This document shows, one piece after another, positions 51,245-60,862 of a stretch of 64,000 bases of DNA (position 1 is the stretch's first letter; each line of letters opens with the position of its first letter). The stretch covers positions 9,225 to 73,224 of the forward strand of contig JACRKZ010000093.1 of NCBI GenBank assembly GCA_016235455.1, in the 5' to 3' direction. A model generated the notes under the pieces. That model saw nothing but the letters and a program-made list of their open reading frames with translations, did not search any database and was not told the DNA's origin. The translations under genes and the position numbers were made by a program. Origin of the DNA: Armatimonadota bacterium (GTDB lineage: Bacteria; Armatimonadota; UBA10988).

Positions 51245-54200
51245 TCAGGCACCGGGCCGCGCGCCAGCGGTCAGCCAGGCCAGCAGCATCTCACGGCGCG
51301 GCCAGTCGGGCTGCCACCGCGCTGGGCTCGGCCGGCTAAGGAAGCGGCCCAGGTCGTAGAGCGCCCGCCGCCGACTGGACTCCTCGGGGATGGCTTGGGC
51401 CATCTGCAGGGCACGTCGCGCGTCCAGCAGGCTCAGGGCGAGGAGCTGGGCCGAGCCCACGACCTGTCGGGCATCGCCTGGGAGCAGGTAGTCGCGCTCC
51501 AGGTCGCGCTGTGACTCACACTCTGACCGGACCATGCCGGGGTTGAGCACCAGCAGGGCGGCACGACGGGCCAGGTCGGCAGACGAGACGCTCGGCGGCT
51601 GGAGGAAGTGCATGGTCATCGGCGGCGCCTGCCTGGCAAGCCAGGCACCTATGGCCTCCGGCGAACGCATCGCGGCCAGCGGCAGCCAGTCATCGCCGCC
51701 GAAGTCGGACAGCGCGTTGGCGAGCGCCAGGGCGCTCAACTCGACCGGAACGCCGGCCAGGAGCGCCGCGGCGGGTTGGGCCGTTGCCGGCAGTCGATCG
51801 CGCAGGGCTGCCGCGCGTGCACTCGGTCCTGCCGCGAGCACCGGCAGCCAGCGCTGCCAGTCCTTGGCGTCGTAGCCGTCGCCGAGCGTGTGCAGGAGTG
51901 AGTCCACGGCTGCCTCGGGACTGCGGCGGGCCAGCGCCACGGCGTTGGCGAGTTGTGCGCGCTCCACGGAGGCGTGGTTGACCACGGCGTTGGTGATCGC
52001 GTCCAGCAGGTCCTGGCGAGCACCGGTCAGCCAGGCCAGCGTCACCGCCCAGTCGCGGTCCGTGCCCGGTATGGACGCCCGGTCCAGCGCTTGCCGCAGC
52101 GCCACACCTGCGCCCGGCCGGTCCAGTCGCGCGGCAAGCAGCGCGCGGGTTGCCTCGGTGACCGCGTGAGCCGGCTCGGTCAGCGGCGTCGCGTCGAGCA
52201 GTTGCGCCGCCATCGCCGGTTGTCCATCATCGACCAGCGCCAGACCAGCGATGAGCCGCACTGCCGCGCGCAGCGGGCCGGGCAGCCGGTCGGCCAAGCG
52301 CAGCGTACCGACCATCTCGCTTGGGGCGGCGTCGATCGCGTCCAGCAGGTCGAGCGCGAAGCCTCGGCCATCGCCGATGGCACCGCCGGCGGTGCGTTCC
52401 AGGAGCCTGGTCGCCGCGGGGGCGTCGACGCTGGCCAGCAGGCCGGGGCAGTTGTCGGGCCAGCCGGCCTGCAGGGCGCGACTGGCGACCGCGCACCGCT
52501 CGGCGTCGCTGGTCCAGGTGATGGGCCGCAGCACCAGGTCAGGCCCGTCGGCGCCGTCGGACAGCATGGCCTCGCCATAGCGCTGGTCGAGGCCGGCGAC
52601 GATGCGGCGCGGGCCGTGCTCGAGGCCGGAGAGCACGAAGCGCCCCTCGGCGTCGGTGCGGGTCGAGTAGTCGTCATGGTGGAACCCGTCAGGTGAACGG
52701 ACCACCGCGTAGAACACCGGCCGTCCATCGCTGTCCACCACTCGGCCGCGCACCACGGCGTCGACGGCGACCATGACTATGTCCGGCAGTTGGGTCTGGG
52801 CAGCACCCGTAGACACGCTCACCTCTGTCGAGGTCCTTCCCTCGGCCCAGACGGAGAGCGTGTAGGGCTGGCTCGCCGGCGGCCCCATGTCGCCGGCCAA
52901 CTGGTAGAAGCCCTCACCATCGGTTTCGGCCTGGAAGCCCCAACTCGATTGGTCCGACGGCACCACCGCTTCCAGCCGCAGTGTCGCGCGCGACGCAGGC
53001 CGGCCCAGGTTGTCGAGGACGCGTCCACTGAAGGTAGTTCGGTTCACCGGTGCCACGTCGAACGCGACGGGCGCGGGCCGATGGGCAGTGGCATCGACCG
53101 TCAGTTCGCCGCGCACCAGACCGCTGGGTTCGATGGCGGTCAGGACGACCTCTTTGCTCGGCGGCACGGCGGGCAGCACGAACCGACCCAGATGATCCGT
53201 GGTGGTCGCCGAGTTGCTACGGTCGCGCTCGATGGTGATGCCGTCCAGCGGTCGTCCGCCCTCGGTGACGACGCCGCGTAGCTCGCGGCCGCGGGTCAGC
53301 CGCACAGTCACCGAGGTCCTCGCGGTATGGGTTCTCAACATGCCCTGGACGGAGGTCTGGTCGGCCTCGGCGAACCAGCTCCACGGCAGCTCCCAGGCCA
53401 AGTCGAACGCGCCGGGCAAGGCCCGCAGCGTCAGGTGCCCGTCGTCGCCAGTGCGCGCCGCGGTCGGGGCCACGGTGTCTCCATCGCCCACCGAGCCCCA
53501 CACCCGGACCCCGGGCACGCCTCGCCCTGTGCGCTCGTCGACGAAGGCCACGTCCAGCAGCGCGCCCGGCTGGGCGACGAAGTCGATGCCCTCTACCGTG
53601 CTGCCCTCCACCAGCTCCACCCGCTTGGCGGCGCCGGCCACGACCGGGCTGCGCAGGCTGGACAGGCCGACGAGCACCGCCCCCTGCCACAGCGTGTGCG
53701 TCTCCAGGTGCCCGAACCGGTAGCGGCCCGCGGCATCGGTCCGGGCCACCCCGCACTCGTCGCCCGACGCTTCGGCAGTTAGCACCGCGCCACGCACGGG
53801 CCGACCGCTGGGATCGGTGACGCGGCCGGAGACGCTGCTGGCCGGACCCACGCGGTAGCGCGGCCGGCGGTTCGTCCAGAGATGGCCGGCATCCTCGGGC
53901 ACGACGCGGTACTGGCGATGGCTCACCGCCAGCACGCCGTCGCACGCCGGCCACCGGTCGACGTGCCAACGCCCGCGCGCATCGCTTGTGGTGGCTACGT
54001 CGAGCGCCGCGGGCACGGGCACCGTCTCCGACGCGCCGCGACCTACCGGCAGGCGCGCCAGTCGCACGGTTGCGACAGCCAGCGGCTGGTCGTCGACAGT
54101 GAGCAGTTGGCCGGCGGCCCGGACCCACGGGGCCAGCGTCAGGTCCAGCCTGGCTGGCTCGGTGATGCCCAAGGAGGGCTCCGGCGGCCAGTCGTCACCG

Positions 54201-54535
54201 ACGATGACAGGAGACGTGATAAGGCCTTCCTCGATGCCCGGAAAGTAGTACTGCGGCGGGCGCAGCCGGCGTGCCGTGGTGTCCGCCGCCAGACCATCGG
54301 GCCCGTAGGCGACGACCGCGCCATCCCAGGCGAGATCAAAGTGGTCGCTCTCGAACCGGTAGCGCCCACGCTCGTCCGCCTGTTGGCGATGCTCCAGGCC
54401 GCAGCCGCAATCGACCATCACGACCCACGCGCCGGCCGCGGGTCGACCGCCGGGCAAGGTGACGCGCCCCTCGAGCACCGCGCCGCCCGCCTGCGCGCAG
54501 GCCAGCAGCAGGGCCAGGCCGACCGACCGTGTCAT
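51245..54535 (-). CDS. Large secreted protein with carboxypeptidase-regulatory-like repeats and a helical C-domain (paralog)
   Basis: Signal MTRSVGLALLLACAQA; same repeat pattern; shared motifs DC.CG..H, LRLAD.L, LAA.LDRPGA. Confidence 0.85.
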   Translation of the reverse strand: MTRSVGLALLLACAQAGGAVLEGRVTLPGGRPAAGAWVVMVDCGCGLEHRQQADERGRYRFESDHFDLAWDGAVVAYGPDGLAADTTARRLRPPQYYFPGIEEGLITSPVIVGDDWPPEPSLGITEPARLDLTLAPWVRAAGQLLTVDDQPLAVATVRLARLPVGRGASETVPVPAALDVATTSDARGRWHVDRWPACDGVLAVSHRQYRVVPEDAGHLWTNRRPRYRVGPASSVSGRVTDPSGRPVRGAVLTAEASGDECGVARTDAAGRYRFGHLETHTLWQGAVLVGLSSLRSPVVAGAAKRVELVEGSTVEGIDFVAQPGALLDVAFVDERTGRGVPGVRVWGSVGDGDTVAPTAARTGDDGHLTLRALPGAFDLAWELPWSWFAEADQTSVQGMLRTHTARTSVTVRLTRGRELRGVVTEGGRPLDGITIERDRSNSATTTDHLGRFVLPAVPPSKEVVLTAIEPSGLVRGELTVDATAHRPAPVAFDVAPVNRTTFSGRVLDNLGRPASRATLRLEAVVPSDQSSWGFQAETDGEGFYQLAGDMGPPASQPYTLSVWAEGRTSTEVSVSTGAAQTQLPDIVMVAVDAVVRGRVVDSDGRPVFYAVVRSPDGFHHDDYSTRTDAEGRFVLSGLEHGPRRIVAGLDQRYGEAMLSDGADGPDLVLRPITWTSDAERCAVASRALQAGWPDNCPGLLASVDAPAATRLLERTAGGAIGDGRGFALDLLDAIDAAPSEMVGTLRLADRLPGPLRAAVRLIAGLALVDDGQPAMAAQLLDATPLTEPAHAVTEATRALLAARLDRPGAGVALRQALDRASIPGTDRDWAVTLAWLTGARQDLLDAITNAVVNHASVERAQLANAVALARRSPEAAVDSLLHTLGDGYDAKDWQRWLPVLAAGPSARAAALRDRLPATAQPAAALLAGVPVELSALALANALSDFGGDDWLPLAAMRSPEAIGAWLARQAPPMTMHFLQPPSVSSADLARRAALLVLNPGMVRSECESQRDLERDYLLPGDARQVVGSAQLLALSLLDARRALQMAQAIPEESSRRRALYDLGRFLSRPSPARWQPDWPRREMLLAWLTAGARPGA

Positions 54536-54606
54536 CCCGTATGTCCCCTTCGCATCGCTTGGCACCGATACCCGCCGAGACCCGCGATTGTGACAGACCG
54601 GCCAAT

Positions 54607-55235
54607 CTACTCCACCGCCACCCCCGTCACACACACCGTGCTCTCCCCAACCTCACTGCCGTTGGCGAAGGTCACCGTGGCGGAGCCCGAGGTCGGCACG
54701 AACGCCAGCTCCCCCGCGACGAACGCGTCGACGCCCAGCACGAGCCGGTGGTTGGCCAGGCTCTTGCCATCGGCGGCGGTGACCGACACGGTCAGCACCT
54801 GCTCGCGCGGGCTGGTCGCGTCGGCATAGGCGCGCGCGGCGGCCTGCCAAGTCAGGCGGTAGCGTTGGCCGGGTTTGAGGCCGTCGAGCGTCTGCCGCAG
54901 TGTCGTGCCACCGTACTGGAGGAAAGCGAAGTGCGTGTCGGCCGGCACCTGCGTCGGGCCCATGTTGCGCAGGCCGCCGAGCAGCGGCTGCAGGCCGACA
55001 TGGCCGGGATTGCTCGCGGTCCAGCCGACGATGGGCCGGCATTGGCTGATGTAGCCGGTGGCCCGCTCCACGGCGAAGTCGGCCGCGTTGTCGGCGAAGC
55101 CGCCGTTGGTCAGCAACGGCTGCGGCACGGCCTCGAATCCGCCGATGGGCGTCCACTTGGCCACCTGATAGCGCGGCGGGCCGGCATAGCCGCCGGTGCG
55201 GGCCGTGTGGCCGGCGGCGCCGTCCCAGGTCAGGC
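54607..55235 (-). CDS. C-terminal portion of the GH31 protein (CBM/galactose-binding-like domain), split off by a 55-bp duplication
   Basis: In frame with GH31 once one 55-bp copy is removed; LLTNGGFAD..LRQTLDGLKPGQRYRLTW jelly-roll-like pattern. Confidence 0.65.
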
Positions 55236-55345
55236 TGACGGTGCATTGCTGGCCGCGCAGGTAGTCGTTGGTCAGGCCATCGTCCTCATATGACGGTGCA
55301 TTGCTGGCCGCGCAGGTAGTCGTTGGTCAGGCCATCGTCCTCATA
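55236..55345. repeat. Exact 55-bp tandem duplication
   Basis: 55236-55290 is identical to 55291-55345. Confidence 0.97.
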
Positions 55346-57337
55346 CAGCACGTACGGCCCAGTCGGCGTGCCGTAGACCCGTGCCTCGAGCTCGAACACG
55401 GTGTCGGCGGCGATGTGCTCCACCGGCCGCGCCAGGGGCAGGATGGCGCCTTCGCGCACGTACAACGGCATCTGATCCAGCGGCTTGCGCACCGCCACGC
55501 TGCGGCCGCCGGCGAGGATCTCGTTGGTCCAGAAGTCGCACCACCGGCCGCGCGGCAGGTAGACCTGGCGGCTGGCCTGCCCGGCGAACAGCGGCGCCAC
55601 CAGCAGCGACGGGCCGCACATGAACTGGTCATCGATCCCGCGCGCCGCCGGGTCGCCGGGCCAATCCATGATCAGCGCGCGGATAGGCGGCGTGCCGTGC
55701 AGACGGTACTCGTTGAACGCGGCATACAGGTAGGGCACGAGGCTCATGCGCAGTTCGAGCAGGCGCCGCACGATGACCGTGGCCTCCGGCGCCTCGGGCA
55801 TGACCTCGCCGCGGTTGCTCTTCTCGGCGTTGATCTGCTGCCAGGGCGGCAGCTTCATGTACCACGGATCGATCTGCGCCAGGGGCGAGAAGATGACCGT
55901 CTGCACGCGCCGGTAGAGGTCTTCCAGCGAGCTGGCCTCGCGCACCTCGGGTACCCACAGCAGGCCGCCAAAGCCCTGGTTGGCCAGCCCGCGCACGTAG
56001 CAGCGATGGTCGTAGCTGTCGCTGTAGACCACGTACGGCAGCGGTGCGGCCAAGGCCCCCGACTGCCGCACGAGTCCCCAGGTGCGGCGGTTGGCGGCGG
56101 TTAGCGGCTCGAGCAGCGTCTGCTGGTAGAGCAGACCGAACAGCGAGTGCATCTGCTCGCCGTCGAGCCCCGAGGGGAACCTGCTGGCCGTGGGGAACGA
56201 CCAGGGCTCGGGGCCAAACGGCTGGTAGTCGCACTCGTCGAGCTTGACCGCGTCGACGCCCTTGCCGAACAGCACCTGCTGATGGTGCTCAGAGAAGATG
56301 CGCCGTGCCTCGGGCAGGGCGAAGTCGGGCACCAGGCCGCCCCACACGCGGTAGTCACCGGACATCGGGCGCAACGCCTCGTGGATGGGCGAGTCGGGGT
56401 GAGTGAAGGCGTGCTGCCACACGCTGACATGGAAACCCAGCTCGCGCAGTTGCCGCAGGTAGGCATCGGGATCGGGGAAGCGGCCCTTGTCCCACACAAA
56501 CGAGCAGGAGTAGGCCTTGGTCTGCCAGCCGGGCTCCAGTCCGAACACGTCGCACGGAATATGCTGCTCGCGCAGCTTTCGCGCCAGGCTCAGGCCGTCC
56601 GCCGCGCCGAAGTCGCTCTTGCCGCGGTAGACCATGCCCAGGCCCCACAGCGGCGGCACCGCGCCACCGCCGGCGAACAGCACATAGCGCCGCACGGCAT
56701 CGAGCAGCGCCGGCCCGGCGAACAGGTAGACATCGACGCCCTGGGCCGCGGGCGCCTCGACCAGCATGTGGCGCACGGCGAGCCCGCGCGCGCGGTACAG
56801 GTCGGCGGTGTTGTCGGCCATGGCGCCCGCGCCCGACGCCGCATCCTCGACTGGCGCCACGTTGCCGACGTTGAAGGTGGCAAAGCGCGCCGTATCGACA
56901 TACACGCCGTAGCCGGCGGTGGAGACATAGAACGGCACCGGCGCGTGGGACGGCCCCGCGGGATCCTCCGGCCCGTCCGAAGGAATCAGCATCTGGCGCC
57001 GGCCGCTCTTCTCGAACCAGCGCGTGTTGAGCCCCAGGCCATAGATACCCTCATCGGTGCCCAGCGGCAGCCGCAACGAGCAGCCGCGCGCCGACACGGC
57101 GACGTGCAGCTCGGCGGCGGCGAGCGGCGGCTTGTCGACCGCGGGCATCGCGGCCAGAGCCTCGGCGGCGATGGGCGCGGAGCGGAAGTGCGTGGGCGTC
57201 AGCGCTTCGGGCTGGCCGAAGCGGCAGCGCCAGACGCCTGGGGCGACGGGGGTGATCTCCATGGGCACGGCTCCGGGCGCGGCGGCCAGGCAGGCGAGTT
57301 GGAGCAGGAGGCAGCAGGCCGTGGTCATGCGCAGCAT
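55286..57337 (-). CDS. Secreted glycoside hydrolase family 31 (main part)
   Basis: YGLG, HAPVPFYVS..GYGV, PPLWGLG, IPCDV, WDKGRFPDP, KLDECD nucleophile, LRMSLVPYLY, DQFMCGPSLLVAP, LYEDDG; likely start 57328. Confidence 0.9.
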   Translation of the reverse strand: MLRMTTACCLLLQLACLAAAPGAVPMEITPVAPGVWRCRFGQPEALTPTHFRSAPIAAEALAAMPAVDKPPLAAAELHVAVSARGCSLRLPLGTDEGIYGLGLNTRWFEKSGRRQMLIPSDGPEDPAGPSHAPVPFYVSTAGYGVYVDTARFATFNVGNVAPVEDAASGAGAMADNTADLYRARGLAVRHMLVEAPAAQGVDVYLFAGPALLDAVRRYVLFAGGGAVPPLWGLGMVYRGKSDFGAADGLSLARKLREQHIPCDVFGLEPGWQTKAYSCSFVWDKGRFPDPDAYLRQLRELGFHVSVWQHAFTHPDSPIHEALRPMSGDYRVWGGLVPDFALPEARRIFSEHHQQVLFGKGVDAVKLDECDYQPFGPEPWSFPTASRFPSGLDGEQMHSLFGLLYQQTLLEPLTAANRRTWGLVRQSGALAAPLPYVVYSDSYDHRCYVRGLANQGFGGLLWVPEVREASSLEDLYRRVQTVIFSPLAQIDPWYMKLPPWQQINAEKSNRGEVMPEAPEATVIVRRLLELRMSLVPYLYAAFNEYRLHGTPPIRALIMDWPGDPAARGIDDQFMCGPSLLVAPLFAGQASRQVYLPRGRWCDFWTNEILAGGRSVAVRKPLDQMPLYVREGAILPLARPVEHIAADTVFELEARVYGTPTGPYVLYEDDGLTNDYLRGQQCTVI

Positions 57338-57449
57338 CGTAACACCGGCTCCGGCGCTCTGCCAGACCCGCTGGTTGGGCCCGCACCAGCCAAGAAGGAA
57401 CCTTCCTGGCCACGTCCAACGCTAACCAAGTCGGCGAAAGGGGTTCACG

Positions 57450-59183
57450 ATGAACAGCCAAGGACAGGGCATGACGGGCAAGGGCAAGGCCGTCGTGGGT
57501 GTGGTGCTGCTGGCACTGGTGGCGGGCGGGGTCTTCCTGCTGCGCGACCAGTTGTTCCCGAAGGCCGGCGGGCCGAAGGGCACTGTCGATGCCAGCAAGC
57601 TCAACGGCCAGGTGGAAGCCCAGGATACGACCGGCATCACCACGGTGCAGGAGTACAAATACGTCGCCAAGGACAAACTGCCGCCCGTGCAGGGCACCAG
57701 CGGGTACACCTACAAGGACAAGACGGTCGAGTTCCCCATCAATGTGTGGATCGGCTGGCTGCCGCTGATCGCCGCCAACCAGGGCGCCGAACCCAATGAG
57801 AACAGCCTGTTCTACAAGAAGTACGGGTTCAAGGTGCGCTTCACGCTGATCGACGACCCGGTCGCCGCACGCAACGCGTATGTCAGCGGCAAGAGCCAGG
57901 TGCTGTGGGGCACGCTGGACATGATGGCGCTGTTCGCCCCGGGCCTGATGAAGGACAGCCGCACCTCGCCGCGCATCTTCCAGCAGATCGATTGGTCGAA
58001 CGGCGGTGACGGCATCGTCGTACGCGACACCATCAAGGAAGTGCGCGACCTCAAGGGCAAGACCGTGGTCTTCGCTCAGAACAGCCCGTCGCAGTACTAC
58101 CTGTACAACCTGCTGATCCGCTCGGGCCTGCAGCCCAGCGACATCAAGCCCAAGTACACCAACGACGCTTTCCAGGCGGCCAAGGCCTTTGTCTCCGACC
58201 CCAGCGTCGACGCTTGCGTGAGCTGGGCGCCGGACATCTACAACATCACCGACCCCGCCAAGGTCAAGGGCACCCGGCTGCTGAGCACGACCCAAGATGC
58301 CAACCGCGTCCTGAGCGATGTCTACGCGGTGCGCGCCGATTTTGCCAACGACCATCCCGAGGTGGTCGAGGGCCTGGTCAGCGGCGTGTTCGACGGGATC
58401 AACTGGCTGAAGCAGTCGCCCGACAACGAAAAGAAGGCCTATGCCTGGCTGGGCGCGCTCTACAAGTTCCCCGCGGCCGACGTGGAGAAGATGAAGAACG
58501 ACGCGTATGTCACCAACTTCGGCGAGAACCTCAAGTTCTTCTTGAACCGCAACAACCCGACCAACTTCGAGAACACCTGGAAGTCGATCAGCTACGTCTA
58601 CAAGCAGCTCGGCGTGATCGACAAGGAAGTACCCTTCGACCAGGTCATGGACTTTTCCGTGCTGGCCAGGCTCAAGAAGGACGGCAAGTACGCCGAGCAG
58701 ACGCAGACCGCCGCCACCGCCTTCAAGCCGCTGCAGTATGAGCAGGTGGCCGAGGGCAAGTCGCCGGTCATGCGCCAGAGCATCCGCATCCACTTCCCGC
58801 CCAACTCCTCCAAACTGGACGACCCCAAGCGCGATGACAACGGTCAGCCGATACCCAACACCAAGTACGACCCCGAGGTGGCCGACAAGCTCAAGAGTGC
58901 AGCCACCGTGGCCGGCCAGTTCGAAGCGGCGACCATCGCCATCACCGGCCACTGCGACTCGTCGATGAAGGGCCAGGCCGACTACAAGATGGTCAAGGAC
59001 CTGTCCGAGGCCCGGGCCAACGCGGTCAAGAGCGTGCTGGTCAACCAGTACAAATTCGACCCGAACAAGTTCGTGGTGCGCGGCAAGGCCTGGGACGAGC
59101 CGGCCAACCCCGACGACGCGCTCAACCAGGCGCTCAACCGTCGTGTGGAGATCGTCGTCTATCCGCTGGAAGCGGCCAAATGA
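57450..59183 (+). CDS. NitT/TauT-type ABC substrate-binding protein fused to a C-terminal OmpA-like peptidoglycan-binding domain
   Basis: N-terminal TM; WIGWLP, DWSNGGDGIV, LKGKTV, WAPD; OmpA-like IHF..NSS..GHCD..LSEARANAV..NRRVEI. Confidence 0.88.
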   Translation: MNSQGQGMTGKGKAVVGVVLLALVAGGVFLLRDQLFPKAGGPKGTVDASKLNGQVEAQDTTGITTVQEYKYVAKDKLPPVQGTSGYTYKDKTVEFPINVWIGWLPLIAANQGAEPNENSLFYKKYGFKVRFTLIDDPVAARNAYVSGKSQVLWGTLDMMALFAPGLMKDSRTSPRIFQQIDWSNGGDGIVVRDTIKEVRDLKGKTVVFAQNSPSQYYLYNLLIRSGLQPSDIKPKYTNDAFQAAKAFVSDPSVDACVSWAPDIYNITDPAKVKGTRLLSTTQDANRVLSDVYAVRADFANDHPEVVEGLVSGVFDGINWLKQSPDNEKKAYAWLGALYKFPAADVEKMKNDAYVTNFGENLKFFLNRNNPTNFENTWKSISYVYKQLGVIDKEVPFDQVMDFSVLARLKKDGKYAEQTQTAATAFKPLQYEQVAEGKSPVMRQSIRIHFPPNSSKLDDPKRDDNGQPIPNTKYDPEVADKLKSAATVAGQFEAATIAITGHCDSSMKGQADYKMVKDLSEARANAVKSVLVNQYKFDPNKFVVRGKAWDEPANPDDALNQALNRRVEIVVYPLEAAK

Positions 59184-60022
59184 CGCGAGCCCCCAAGGCG
59201 CCCCTGTGGCGGATCCGCGAGACCCTCTCGCCCGGCGTCACGGCCTTGCTCGGCCTGGTCGTGCCGGCGGCGGCGGTGGTGCTGTGGTGGTGGCTGACCC
59301 GCGAATCGACCCCCGGCGTGGTGGAGTCGCGCATCGTCAACATCAACATTCTGCCCGCGCCGGCGGAGATGTTTGCGCGCGACACGCTGCGCTCGCTGTG
59401 GTTCGAGCGTGAGCTGAGCCGCTCCGCGGTGGTCAGTCTCGGGCGAGTCTGCAGCGGCTTCGCCATCGCCGCGGCGGTGGCCGTGCCGCTCGGCGTGGCC
59501 ATGGGCGCGTTCACCAAGGTGGCCGCGCTGTTCCGGCCGTTGATGACCGCGGGCGGCTACCTGCCCGTGGCCGCGCTGGTGCCGCTGACGCTGGTCTGGT
59601 TCGGCACGGGCGAGGCGCAGAAGGTCGGCTTCCTGGCCATCGCCGTGTTCGTCTACCTGCTGCCCATGGTGGTGGCTGCCGTGGACGGTGTCGATCAGGT
59701 CTACCTGCAGACAGCGCAGACCCAAGGCGCCAGCCGCGCGCAGCTCGTGGCGCGCGTGCTGGTGCCCATTGCGTTGCCCAAGGTGTATGGCTCGCTGCGC
59801 CTGGCGTTCGGCGTGGCCTGGAGCTGGATCATCCTGGCCGAGGTGGTGGCGGCCGAGCGTGGGCTGGGCTTCATCATCAACACCGCTCAGGGCCGCGGTA
59901 CCAACATGGGCCATGTCTACCTGACGCTGGCCACGATCATCGGCCTGTCGTTCGTGCTGGACCGGCTGTGGGCCGGCGGCGACCAGTTGCTGTTCCCCTA
60001 CAAGCGAGGTGCTCATGCCTGA
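59180..60022 (+). CDS. NitT/TauT-type ABC permease
   Basis: LPAP, SLGRV..GF, LPVAALVPL..WFGTGE, EAA-like QTAQTQGAS, AEVVAAERGLG. Confidence 0.93.
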   Translation: MTRAPKAPLWRIRETLSPGVTALLGLVVPAAAVVLWWWLTRESTPGVVESRIVNINILPAPAEMFARDTLRSLWFERELSRSAVVSLGRVCSGFAIAAAVAVPLGVAMGAFTKVAALFRPLMTAGGYLPVAALVPLTLVWFGTGEAQKVGFLAIAVFVYLLPMVVAAVDGVDQVYLQTAQTQGASRAQLVARVLVPIALPKVYGSLRLAFGVAWSWIILAEVVAAERGLGFIINTAQGRGTNMGHVYLTLATIIGLSFVLDRLWAGGDQLLFPYKRGAHA

Positions 60023-60857
60023 GTCCTACGTGGCCCAAGCGTCGGGCGTCTCCAAGGTGTGGGACGCAGACACCCCGCAGGCCAAGCCGGCACTGGTCGA
60101 CATCAACTTCGCCGTGGAGGATGTGCCCGGCCGCGGCGAGTTCGTGGCCATGGTCGGCCCCAGCGGCTGCGGCAAGTCGACACTGCTGAACATGCTGGCC
60201 GGGTTCGACACGCACCTGCCGCCGACCACGGGCAGCCTGAGCGTGCTGGGCGAGCCGGTCGCCGGGCCGGACCGTCGGCGGGGCATGATCTTTCAGAAGT
60301 ACAGTTCGTACCCGCACCTGACCGTCTGGCAGAACATCGCCTTCGGGCTGAACCTGCACCGGCGCGACCTTGGCCTGAGCGCGCGCGAGGTGCGTGACCT
60401 GGCCTTCGAGTGGGCCGGCAAGGTCAACCTGGCAGGCTGTGAGAACCTCTATCCGAGTCAGCTCTCGGGCGGTATGCAGCAGCGTGTGGCCATCGCCCGC
60501 ACCTTGGCGCTCAAGCCGCGAATCATCCTCATGGACGAGCCGTTTTCTGCGCTCGACGAGCCCACGCGCTATGCCATGCAGGATCTCATCGTTGGCTTGT
60601 GGCGCGAGGTCGAGGCCACGGTGTTCATGGTCACCCACAGCCTCATCGAGGGCGTCTATCTGGGTGACCGACTCTGGATCTTCTCGCCTTCGCCGGGTAC
60701 CATCGCGCGTGAGCTCAACGACGTACCGCTGCCGGTGGAGCCGGCCATGGTGCAGCAGGCGCGACCGGAGTTCAGAGAGTATGTGGAGAACGTCACCCGG
60801 GAGTTCCTGGCGGTGACCGGCGCGCCCCCGGGCGTGGCGCGCGGGGCGGGAGGCTGA
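60015..60857 (+). CDS. NitT/TauT-type ABC ATP-binding protein
   Basis: GPSGCGKST, LSGGMQQRVAIAR, MDEPFSALD, VTHS. Confidence 0.95.
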   Translation: MPESYVAQASGVSKVWDADTPQAKPALVDINFAVEDVPGRGEFVAMVGPSGCGKSTLLNMLAGFDTHLPPTTGSLSVLGEPVAGPDRRRGMIFQKYSSYPHLTVWQNIAFGLNLHRRDLGLSAREVRDLAFEWAGKVNLAGCENLYPSQLSGGMQQRVAIARTLALKPRIILMDEPFSALDEPTRYAMQDLIVGLWREVEATVFMVTHSLIEGVYLGDRLWIFSPSPGTIARELNDVPLPVEPAMVQQARPEFREYVENVTREFLAVTGAPPGVARGAGG

Positions 60858-60862
60858 CTTCG

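Noticed and set aside
55236-55345. Programmed frameshift or target-site duplication in GH31
   Set aside because: No slippery site or mobile element; an exact 55-bp copy is better explained by assembly
57051-58952. Long antisense ORFs (also 42502-44109, 40883-42385, 27491-29137, 32780-34657)
   Set aside because: Shadow ORFs expected from GC-rich codon bias opposite well-supported genes
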